From NCBI GenBank assembly GCA_004764695.1, contig SMSO01000031.1, forward strand, positions 6,926,761-6,990,760: a stretch of DNA of 64,000 nucleotides. The letters run 5' to 3'. Origin of the DNA: Schizochytrium sp. TIO01 (Eukaryota > Protista > Bigyra: Labyrinthulomycetes). The notes below the pieces were generated by a model that was not told the DNA's origin, searched no databases, and saw only the letters and a program-made list of their open reading frames with translations. How positions within the stretch are numbered: the first letter of the stretch is position 1; every line of letters begins with the position of its first letter. The position numbers and the translations under genes are program-made. Shown one piece after another: positions 1-11,600 of the stretch.

Positions 1-3000
1 GGCCTGACGTGAAGTTTAGAATGTCGATAGATGCTCCAAGTTCAACAATACATGTTGTCTCAGAGGTTGTAAGACCACACATGACACTCACAGGGTCCAA
101 TGTTTCTGACGTCAAGCGAGTAGTTAATTCCACAACGCTGGAAATACAAATATCTGGAACCCATGGTACATAGGCTTGTAAGGCTGGGTAACCATGAAGC
201 TCTCGCAAAAGATCAAAGGCAGCTGGTAAAGCTGATATGATACCTTCAAAACTAATCTCCCCTAGCTCATCCATTGCTACGCACAGAATATCTGGCAGGG
301 CATCCATAACTGTGCGCACGAGGGATTGCCCAGAGACAGCCATTTCTTCGAGATCGCCGTAAAGGAAGTTGCGGAAAAACTCCGTTTCCTCGAGGTTGTC
401 GCCAAGAAGTGCGATGCATTCGCGATCGTCGTCAACCAGCAGACAGAGCTTCTGAGCTTTAAAGTTGGTCAACAATGCACTAATACGAGGATAGGAGATG
501 TCCGTGCAGTTTCCACCTGGGATTTGTGGGAAATAATCTTCAAAAAGCGAGGGAGCCAATCGATTTGCAAGATCAATTGCATACAAAATTGTATCGAGAT
601 GGCCCAAAATAGATGTAATATCAACATCGGTGTCATAAGACAGTGCAGCACACGCAGCGTCGAGTGGATCACCGAGTAATGTACTAATTAGGTCATCACG
701 TCCTAGCATCGAATTCACAAAACTAATATCCTCGATAGTGCTACCGAGGCTGCGAATGCAGACCTTGCCAGCATCTGTTATTCCTCCGCAAAGTATATCA
801 AGGATATCTCCATTGTTGATCGCTGCTGCAATATCTTCCAGGACAGACTCTGTGCACTCTTCATCGGGAAATGCAGGCAAAAAGGTTGGCCCAACAGCAG
901 TTGCCGCATCGGCATAGACTTGGGCAACGTCTGGGATACTAAGGATGGCTTCTGTGACATTCACATTACCTGTTTCATCTAGAACGCGTGCGATTACAGA
1001 GCAGATTCGTGGCATAATTTTCTGAGTAAAGGCAACAATGACAGTCTCAACAGAAAGGCTGGATAATCCAATAAGAGGGCTTTGATCAACTTGCGCTCCA
1101 ATATCTTGCAAACAGGATTCCAGGTCACTATTATCAAGCACTAGGAGACAAATAGTATGCGGAAGAAGTGCAATATTGTCATCAGAGGCCGAAAGGGAAC
1201 TTTGCACATCTGCAATGCTTGTATGGTACTCATCTGCACAAGTATCATCAATAGTTGGAATGATTCCCTGGAAAACCTTATACTGGCTCAGTTGCTGAAG
1301 AATACTCACCATTTTGTCCAGAGCAATAAAGACATTATCAAGAATGTCAACACCTTCTACGATGCTACAAACACTTGGTAATGAGGCGAGCAGGGTTGTT
1401 ACCAGGGTCTTGATGTTATCAGGGTCATCCGTTTCTAGTTGCTGAGCTGCAAGATTGGCAATAACTGTAACATCAAGAATGCTGTCAACCATGCTAACAA
1501 TGCAAGTACTTTCGTCACTTGTGATGCCGCAAGTTCCCTCAATTGCGCCATCTTCTTCAAAACGGGGAATGAGGGATGATTTGAAAAGTGCTGAGCAATC
1601 ATCGTCGATGTCAGGAATATACTCACTCAATGCGTCAATTTCATGAAGTTGATCAAGAAGATCGAGGACATAAGGTAAACTCGAGATAATCGAGTTGTAG
1701 TCAAAGGTACCTAACTCGTCCACTAGCGCGCATGCTGTTGGAAGCGTATCAACAACAGCCGCAGCAACTCCATCTTCAATCACCAAAGGCCAAGAAATTT
1801 CTCGAAAGCACTGTTGCGTTGCGTTTGTCATATTGCACAATACTCCTGGAACACCAGTCACTCCAACAGGTGACAAAGTTTCTGCAAGGTCTTTATAGTT
1901 TTCCATGCATGCATCACTTACATCTGGTAGGTAGGGCTCCACGAAAGAAACGTCACGCAGGGCGTCAAACAGAGATATCACTGTAGGGAGATAGGTCAGA
2001 ATTTCATCAGCAGAAGGAAAAGAACCACTTTCATCAAAAAGCGCACATAAGAGAGGGAGCAACTTCAAAAGGTCGAGCGCGATGGATTCTGCATCAGGAA
2101 CAATGCCAGCAATCCATTCAACCTCTGAAAGACTGTAACCTAGGTCAGCAAGACAAGCTTGACCTTCGGAGGTAATAGCACAAAGGGTGCTCGCAACGGC
2201 CTCCTCAAGAGAGCTATCTGATGAGCCACTATTGCTATTTTCCACAGCCGTAGCAAGGCTAGCTGTAATGGAAGGAATCTCGCTAGTGCACGAGCTTGGG
2301 ATATCAGGAATGTATGGATCCAAGAGCGTGAAGTTGTTAAGTTTCTCCAGTATGGAAAGTGCTGTTGGAATTTGATCCGATAGCTTGGTGAGTTCCATTT
2401 GCTCGATATTCTCTACTGCCTCACAAGCCTCGACGCGGACAGTAGTGACAGCATATCGCAAGAGCCCACGTCCTCCGATAAGCTCCCTTAGCATCTCAAC
2501 ATCATCTACGCTATCTCCAATTAAGGCAAAGCATTCTGCTTCCTCACTGTCAAGGTCACAGATAGCTAGCGGCTGAGGGTTTGCCACAAATTTGGCTGCT
2601 GCACTTTCGTACGAGCTATCACAGGTGTCATGAGGAATATCAGGAATGTAATTCGCAACTGTTGAGGGCATTGACTCTTTGAGATCGGTCATGAAATGAA
2701 GAATTTGTGGAAGTTTACCAATCAGGTTGGTGACATCAATCGAGTCAAAATCAGAGCCAATAATAGAACACGCAGTTGGGATTTGGGTTTGAATGAGATC
2801 TTGAAGGAAATTATCTTCAATACCGATAGCTTCCTGCAAGGCATCAGCATTATCAATTCCATCCCCAATTGCAACAAGACAATTCTTCTCCTTAGCTGTG
2901 AGCCCCTCGCAAAGAATGTTGAGCGCGGTAGTCGGTTCGTTTACGATTTGTAAGAGTTGAGATTGTACGTCAGCAAGAACTGTGCTTGAGCAGTTTTCTG

Positions 3001-4900
3001 TGGGAAATTCTGGCATGTAATCTTCGAGAAAGCTTGGAATCAAATCACTGGATCGGAGGCCAGAATACCACGTGATGATCTCAGGAAGTTTGCTAATGAT
3101 GAACTCGATAGAGTCCACCATCGAGTCTTCTGGCGCAAGAATTGAGCATGCGCTAGGCAACAGCGTATTTGGAATAGCTTGAATCAATCCAGTAGATCCG
3201 AGCAAATTAACCAGAAAAGGTGTAGCATCAATTTGGTCACCAAGGTCTGCAAGGCACTCGTAGTACCCAGCACTCTTCCAAGAAACACACATCTCGTTAA
3301 TAAGTTGTGAGAAAGTCACTTCACCGTCATCAAGAAAGTTGTATATATCCTTGGCAATTGTCTGAAATCCTTTTCGGCAAGTTGCATTTCGAGGGATTTG
3401 AGGCAAATAGTTTTGCAGTGGATACACGCTGGTTGAAGTATCCGAACCATCTGTACTTACGGAAGTCAGCGAGTCAAACAAAGTCAAGAGTGATGGTAAA
3501 GACTCCAACAGCTTATCAACAGAAAATTCACCTGCAGTATTTCGGATATCTTTGCAGACTTGCGGCACAATGTCCTCTACAATAAGCTCTAAAGTACCCT
3601 TACCAATCTGCTCACGTACAAATGCGATCTTGTCGAGAGCTCTGGATAGCTTCACAAGGCATGGCATCTTGGAAAATCTAGCACAGATGTGTGTTATAAC
3701 TTGGGTGTCCTCTCCATCGATAACTTGCGCAATCCATGTACCATACGCAGCAAATTGTTTGCTGCAGGTTTTGTCTTGAAGCAATGTGTGAATGCTTGGA
3801 AACTGTTCTCGCAATGGAATAATATCCAGGGCTGTAATCGCATTCAGAAGTACAGGAAAAGCTGCCACAAGGTCTCCGACATCAATACTTGAGCCATGAA
3901 TAGCTGTGCAAAGCTCGGGAAAAGGTCGTAAAAGAGTACATAGAATGTTGCATTTGGTCCAACTGTTGAGACTGTTGAACTAAATAGGGACTTTACTAGA
4001 CTGCTAGTTTCTAGAGACTCTCCGATTGCAAGCATGCATGACTGAGTTGCACCAGATGATAGGGTGCATAGTTTCGCAGGCAAAATATCAGTTTGCTCAA
4101 TACCAAGCAGAAGATCATTGGTGAGATTTTGAACTACAGCTGAAGTACATTGTTCAGAAGGCCACTTAGGGATATATGACTGAAAAACAGAGATGGAGCT
4201 AACCGACTCGTACCATTCAACAATGGCTGGTAGCTGCGCAAGGATTGTTTGTACACTAAGTTCATCTTCAGAAAGAATAGTATTTGTAATGTCGCACGCT
4301 TCCGGTAGAGTTTCTGTAATAACAGTTCTTAATGTTCCTTCTCCTAATGAGGCTACTCCAAGTTGATCGATACCGTCAGAGAGCTCCACAAAACAGTCAT
4401 TGTTGCTAACTTTGTCACTACAAACAAGCTTGATCATACCCGTCGTGTCATCCAAAACATCCTCTACATCTTCGGCGAGGTCAGCAAAATCTTCAGCGCA
4501 GTCTATTAGAGCTTCGTGGACGCCAGGTAAAATTGAGGATAGAACATCAAGACTGAGTTTCTTGTAAACGCGGAGAAGGAGCGGCAATTGACTGAAAATA
4601 GCATCAACGGAGAGCGAACTTACATCAGCAAATGCTTCACAAAGTGAAGGGAGAACCTCATCTCCAAGTTCGTGTAGGTAGCCATTGCCTAGAGATTCAG
4701 CCATCCAGTCGATATCATCAATATTTTGTGCAATCAAGGTAATGCAATCAATGACCGTTGTTTCACCAAGAGCGTCGCAAATAGCTGACGGGATTTCGCT
4801 TGAAGAAGCTGCATCGGGGCCAAATACTGTATTGTATGCCCTAGTAGCAGCATTAGCAAGTGGTGCGTCGCAGTTGGTAGGGATAGAGGGGAGGTAATCA
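1..4900 (-). repeat. Protein-level tandem repeat, about 14 copies of ~115-120 aa
   Basis: Recurrent anchors: YLPSIPTNC (~4890), ILPGVHEALIDC (~4520), YIPKWPSEQC (~4170), YLPQIPRNATC (~3400), YMPEFPTENC (~3010), YIPDIPHDTC (~2640), YIPDIPSSC (~2300), YLPDVSDAC (~1920), YIPDIDDDC (~1610), YVPWVPDIC (~160). Units translated in full continue with LC..C-x3-LG-x2-ID..LP-x2-C..LP. Copies are diverged at the DNA level. Confidence 0.8.
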
Positions 4901-6034
4901 TTAATGAGATCCCAGGATAGTAAAGTGCTAAATACATTCAGAAGCCTCTCTAATTTTGTCGTACTAGTACCTGAAACTAATGTGAAGAGGTCTTCCCAAC
5001 TATCCAAAAACGTTAACAAAGAACCATCGCTAAGGAGACCAATTTGACGGAAATTGGCACAGATTGAAGGAGTATCGAGGTAAATGGATTGAAGTAAAGA
5101 GTTAATTTGGGTCAGAATGTCGACAACATCCGTGGGTAGATATTTCTCAATTTGATCCACGAGGGGCAGTGCCACAATGACCAATAATTCCATCATGCAT
5201 CCCCTGAAAACAGCAGTATTCATGCAAATTGCTTTGGGGTAGTAGAACACAGCTTCATCGCCATAACTGGAGTAAACGGAGAACTGGGTGGCAGTTGCTG
5301 CGCACGATTTGGTGGAGATAAGTCCAGCTATGCCATCTAGGTCCTTCAAAAGGTCGATAAAATTAGGAATCTCGCTGAGCCAGTCGTCGATAGTCCATGA
5401 CCCATCTGCAAGTGTTTGCACCTTCTCTAGCAAGTTGCAAGTTTCTTCCATGGTCATACCGTTTAAAGCAAGAGAGATAGACCAACAAACCCATTCTGTA
5501 GTGCACTCTCCTGTGGTTGTATCGCACACGATGGGGAATTCAAATAGCTCTCGAGCACCTGCAGGACGTTCATGTCTTGTTGCTGCTAAGGTTGCTGGTC
5601 GCTCAATGACCGGGTTTAGGGCAGTGTCATAGCCCTCACTGCGTAGATGCCTAGCCACATCTGGAGAGATGTAGTACGGAAGTACCATAGATTCTTCCTC
5701 CAATGTCATATCCACATTGATCTTAGCGGGATAGCGTTCACGAAAACTGTTACGAAGGCGTCCAGCGAATGCCGCCTTTGCGCGTTCTACGCTGATCTCG
5801 GTGTCCAAGTTAAGTGCGCCCCTTATATCTAATGTTTCCATCTTCAAGATGCCGAGAGGCTACAGCAAATTCAGCTAAGACCGCGCCGAAGTTAACATAT
5901 CCATCAGAATGCGAAAACTCTCGATTATAAGTTCGTCTCACTGGGCCTGGGTTACCTGCAGCCAAACCTATTCCTGCTGCGCTGATGATTAGAGCTATTC
6001 CAAGCAAAAGAGCTCGGGTGCCCAAGGCCCTCAT
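1..6034 (-). CDS. Giant secreted/cell-surface protein with tandem ~115-120-aa four-Cys helical repeats (3' partial, two apparent frameshifts)
   Basis: ATG at 6034 gives signal peptide MRALGTRALLLGIALIISAAGIGLA. Removing one base of the C-run at 5819-5822 joins to ORF 3844..5847 (RYKG|ALNLDTE). Adding one base to the G-run at 3917-3919 gives FYDLFPELCTAIHG and a frame that read open in every stretch I translated down to base 2 (ending TTCIVELGASIDILNFTSG). The ORF track omits it because no stop lies in the window. Confidence 0.85.
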
Positions 6035-6508
6035 CCTGAGTTTCTTTGACACCGAACCCCGTAAGGTATGTATGTGTAAGAACTCGAGGCAGAGCCTGAC
6101 GTCTTTGCTGCTGCCTATCACTTGGCAGCTGCCAATGCTGTTTGGCCACTTTCAGAGAGCTTTGCCTCGTGGCCCAGCAACTTGCCGTAACAAATCTTGT
6201 TTGGGATTCTCAAAAGAGTAGTGAGGTAAGCTTGGGCTGCCGTCGTGAGATCCCCCTTCTTCATGAAAGGAACTCCCCTCTCATAGTCTCTACAGCAACG
6301 GTCTTTTGCACAACCCATTTTCACTTGCAACTCCATGTGTACTCCCTCTCTCTCTTTCACGTTCTCCTACGTTCTCCTACTCTATCATTTTCTATTACCC
6401 TCCTGCTTTTTATAAATTAAAATTTTAATTTCAACTAAAAAAATAGACATTAAATTGAAATAAAAAAATAAATAAAAAATACTGTGACAGAGAATCAGAG
6501 AAAAGAAA

Positions 6509-6543
<35 letters not shown>

Positions 6544-7613
6544 AAAAGATTGACTTTGATCGCTCTAATACTAACATGCATGAAAAGATTTCTACGTATC
6601 AAACGAATAAAGAAAGTCAAAGTGGGAAATCTTAACTCTGAGAAAGCGCAAGAGGCTCAAAAAGGTGAATGAATGAGTATGGCTATCGTGATGATATAAC
6701 TTGTATGATCCATGATTGTTACAAGATTGCAACCTCAACGATTGAGGCTGTTGATATCTCGCTTGCTTGCTTCAGAAGTTCGTTGCTTCAGGTGCCTGGC
6801 TGGCTTTGCATTCTACGACTCCGGATTAAACGTGGGCATATCGCTATCATTTACATTGACGTGCTGGTTTTGATGAAGCCTAAATAGTTACATCACATAA
6901 CTTTAGAGACACGCACGGAGAAGTCCGTTTTCGAGGTGAGAGGATTCATGTACGGCGCGTCTCTAGAGTAGAGTTTTATGCGCTTCAGACTTCATTACAT
7001 AGTTATGGTCCACGACAACAACAGGCGGCACGTGTGCAACACAGAATACGTAATCCTCTACCCGGCACTCCAATGGTTTTCATTCTTGCCCTCAGCGCAT
7101 GATATCTATCTATTTGTCCATCTGTCTATCTACACAATCGTTTTGCAAGAGCGTCTTAAAGCTGCCACCACGGCCAAGAACTCAACAGTCAACTCAACAA
7201 GCTTCGAAAGCGATGGGTGAATTCTGTATGGGAAGCCTGAACTCAGCTTGCAATTGCTTCCAGCCGCTCGCTGCGACGTGTCGGCGAGGAGCTCCCACCG
7301 GCACCAAAGATCATCGTGGAGGCGGCCTTATCCATTCCCCGCCCGGAGAGGAGCTCCAAACACCGCTATTTCTTTCTCCACCAAACTAAACAAAGGGCGC
7401 AACTTGGCATTCCATTCCTCCTTTATTCATTCTTCCTACCTCTCTCCGCTCAGCTGTTATGTATCAATCGTATCATAGACGTTCCCTCCCTCCAAAGCTC
7501 GCTTCGTTCGCCGCGAACGAATGAAGGAGCACCAGGCGGGCTTCAAACAACCAGAGCGATGGAATTGGCCAAACTTCAATTTTATTTATAACACTAACCC
7601 GCACCTCTCATGA

Positions 7614-7656
7614 AATGAATGAATGAATGAATGAATGAATGAATGAATGAATGAAT
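7614..7656. repeat. (GAAT)n microsatellite
   Basis: About 10 perfect GAAT units. Confidence 0.95.
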
Positions 7657-7750
7657 AGGAGTTCTGCCAACTTTGTTTTCTGCTAACTTATTTACTTTCT
7701 TACTTACCGACTCTATATCAAACTGCCTTTCGGATTCGGAAGGAGGATCG

Positions 7751-8030
7751 CAAAGCAAATTAAAGCAAAGCAAAGCAAAGCAAAGCAAATTAAAGCAAAG
7801 CAAAGTAAAGCAAAGCAAAGTAAAGCAAAGTAAAGCAAATCAAATCAAAGCAAATCAAATCAAATCAAATCAAATCAAATCAAATCAAATCAAATCAAAT
7901 CAAATCAAATCAAATCAAATCAAATCAAATCAAATCAAATCAAATCAAATCAAATCAAATCAAATCAAATCAAATCAAATCAAATCAAATCAAAGCAAGG
8001 CACAGCAAAGCACAGCAAAGCACAGCACAG
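7751..8030. repeat. Compound pentanucleotide microsatellite (CAAAG/TAAAG/CAAAT/CACAG)n
   Basis: 56 in-register pentamers, with a pure (CAAAT)28 core at 7851-7990. Confidence 0.95.
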
Positions 8031-8636
8031 CAACGCTGTTGTCCATATTGGCGCTGCAGGTCGGTACAGTTGTCAGGACCGGCGCTGATTGAGACGGACC
8101 GAAACACACTTCTTTCATCATATGTGGCCACCCTATATGTAACCAACTACAGTCGCTGACGAAGAAGAAAGAAAGCGCCACCCTCGAAGAAGTTGAGCTT
8201 TCGCAGGATCGATTGATCGCACCGGTGGTTCTGTGCTGCCGGTCTCAGCTTGGCTTCTTCTGCAAGGTTGCGGACCTGTAGACATACCCGTGCGTGCATG
8301 GATAAAAGACGTTCAATACGTTCATCTGAGCCTGGAGGGCGAGAACAAATGAATGAACGAATGAATGAATAAATCAATCGATCAATCGATCAATCGATCA
8401 AGAGCCTCGGCGGGAACGCCGCAGTTCTCGCAATTGCCGATAGAGAGGCCACATCGCGAAGGAATCGTGAGACAACTCGAGGCGAGGCCAGCTGTAGCTA
8501 GCTAGTTGAGACCAGAGTTGGACTTCTTGATCCTGGAATCAAAAGATGACGTCATTGGAGTTCTCGACACGCTCGAGATTTATCGGCGCGGAATCAATTC
8601 TGGTGCTTGCTCGAGATCGAGCTAGATGCCTCTCCA

Positions 8637-8692
<56 letters not shown>
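8637..8692. repeat. (ATTG)14 microsatellite
   Basis: Perfect tandem ATTG. Confidence 0.95.
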
Positions 8693-11600
8693 CATGCATT
8701 TGCATTCTGAGAATTCCACTCCGCGAGTGCGAGCCGAAGCAGGCAATTCGAGGACCAAATGCGAGCAACGCAATGTATTTACTGCAGGCAAGCAAGCAAG
8801 CAAGCCAGCAAGCAAGCAAGCGAGCAAGCATGCGAGCAAGTCAATGCGCAACCGAAGGTGGCACCATTTGCAATCTGAGCGTTACTGTGTCGGTGTACGG
8901 GTCCCGCGGTGCGTTTCGCAGCCAAAGAAATAAATTAATCAATCCTCGATGATGATCTAGACCTCGCACTGAGCGATCGGTCGTCGGTAGGCCTGTCTCG
9001 TGAGCCCTGTCTTCGAAGAGCCTCGAGGTGCCGACCAGCCAGCAAGGCAAGCGAACTCGCGAGGTCCTACGGTTCGAGAGACTCCAAAAAGCAAAGTAAA
9101 GCAAAGCAAAGCAAAGTAAAGCAACGCAATGCAAACAGAGCAGACAGAACAGAACAGAACAGAACAGAACAGAAAGGAAAGAAACCCTCGCTCTAAACAA
9201 TAAATAAATAAATAAAAAACCAGCTACCTAACTATGCGGCTGGCTAGATTGAGGCGCTCTCGGCTCTGCTTTGAGCATGGGCGCATACATACGCTAGCGC
9301 CGCTGAGGCGAGCGAAGCAGGTCTCCGACCCTCGCCAATGCTTCCTTCCATTGCAACCAACGCCACTGCCTCAGATCGAAATCCTCGTCACCTTGGTGGC
9401 GTTGCTGGCCTTTTGCAATGCTGGCTGAGCGAGTGGATTAAAAACATTTTCATCTCTCCGCCTCCTAGTGTACCCCTATTATTATGGGTAGCGCCATGAG
9501 TGTTTCTCTGAGGATTTGTTATTTTTTTAAAAATTAAATTAAAAATTATGTATATTTTAATATTTTAATTTGTTTAAAATAATTTGTTAAAAATAAAAGA
9601 GTAAGGAAGAAAGGAGAGAAAAGGGGATGAATTTTGTAAAGTTAATTTTTATCTATAAAAAACATACTGCTGCGTACCTTGGAGAACTAGAGAAGTACGC
9701 TTAATATGTGTGTGATTAAAAAATAAAATAAAATAAATATATACAATACTGGTATATGTATAAATATTTAGTGTTTTATGAGAATAGGTGACCAGAGAGG
9801 AAGTGGTTCATGACAAGAATCAAGGCAGGCCGGTTGATTGCAAGGCTGTTCAAGTTTGTCGCTCTGTTCATTGCATATCGCAAGGTTCGTTCTGGCCGCA
9901 CCTGCGATCGTAGTAACCTTGCCAAACTCGCAAAGCAAATTAAAAAATGGAGAACGACTTGAGCAACTTTTAACGATAAAAGCTAGAACAGATTTATATA
10001 TATATTATAAAGATGGGTAAAACTAAAATATAAATATAAACAAAGATTACATGCAGTATGTGATGGAAAGTCACAAATAGTCTGACCAAAAGATCGCAAG
10101 AGAGGCAAAAGCAGAGCTGACAGACGTCTGACCTTTTCGATTTATAAAACTTTCGATATGTTGTCTCTATCAATGTTTACTTACTTAGTTTCTTCCACAC
10201 AGGGTTCTGCGCAGGTCTGATAATTTGAGTTAGCTACGTGCGAGGGAAAACGAAAAAATATAATCATAATGGAAACGTGAGAGCGAATTTTATCTTCCAT
10301 GATTTTTTCGGTTCTCTGCTCAGCTCAGAAGGCTCTGAGGCGTTTCTTTGGCGTGGCAAAGCTCTGCTGTCTCTCAAGAAGGTCAGGTCTTTTGTCGCGG
10401 CATTGACTTATCTTGCTCTCGCTCTCGCTGACGTAGCCAACCAATAAAGAAACCAATAGGATGCTGGCCATTCGTATTCTCGCCCGCTCGCAGCCAATTA
10501 GAAAACACAATCAATCAATCAATCAATCAATTAATCTACATTTAGAGATCTTTTCATTCATGAAAGTAAGCTCTGAAGGACAGATCTTCAGCTTCTTGTT
10601 CTGCAAATCACTTTAACTATGAAACCAAGCATGGAATAAGGGTCGGGGATCCCCAAACGCCACAAAAGCTCAGACATTGTTCTTAGTCCTCCATCGAAGT
10701 GGTTCAACGGAGGAGGTGTTGATTGTATTTTATTCATGAGAAAAATGACCGCTTTTAGGGTCGAATTGCCAAGACACCCAGCTCGCGGTATCTGGGGTGG
10801 AACTATCTATTTGACTACGCTAGAGGTATGTAGGTGCCAATGGGTCAACGCAACAGTGCTCATCATTCCAAATTCGAGCGAGCGAACGTGCAAAGCAGTG
10901 CCTGCAAATAACAAGCGAACGTGGAAGCATAAGCCTCGACTAGGTAGGGCAGCAATAGCTAGCTGCCTCGCGAAGCTTCAAGCAATCATCGTTCCGAGGA
11001 CTTTTTTAAGTTCAACGCTTTGAACGTCATGTGCTGGCTTCAGGGTCTCGAGATCGCGTGTGCCAGAGCGAAGGATTTCTTGCTTCTTGTTGCGATTTGA
11101 GGCTTAGTGTCGCCAGGGTATGTAGTAAATTAACCTGTGATCTTAAATCGTCAACTCTATTGTGACGAAAAGTACAGCAGAAGTTGACTCCACACGCCAT
11201 GCGCACAACGTGGGTAGCTAGCTTTGCTTGCGCTGATTAGCCTTGGTTATCAAGCTGGCCAGAATTCTGAAGAGGATATTTCTGGGCGCAGAGCACGGGC
11301 GCTTCTAATTTGAGTGAATTGGATGCGGGCCATAAATCACGGCCCTAAGTAGCAAACCGCCTGCAGGTTTGATGACACGAAACGAACTTTTAAAAGGCGC
11401 AACAAATAGAGCAAATTCGTTTCGAGCGCTCTGCTGCAAGAGGAGTAGTACCCTATCATAAACATTTGTTCCAGTTCTTTTGACACCAGGACTCTAATTC
11501 CCACTCATATGTTCCTCAGACCTGGATTGCAGAAGTAACCTGCGTTCTCTCATAAGTGTGTGACTATTGAGGTGTTGACTTATGATGATGATGCCAAGAC

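Noticed and set aside
326-5832. Many short plus-strand ORFs
   Set aside because: Antisense shadows of the giant minus-strand gene.
7594-9200. ORFs such as 7673..8092 (QSK/SNQIK repeats) and neighbours
   Set aside because: They are translations of microsatellites. The same applies to ORFs at 15735, 34270-34688, 39788, 40832, 50145-50476 and 60849.
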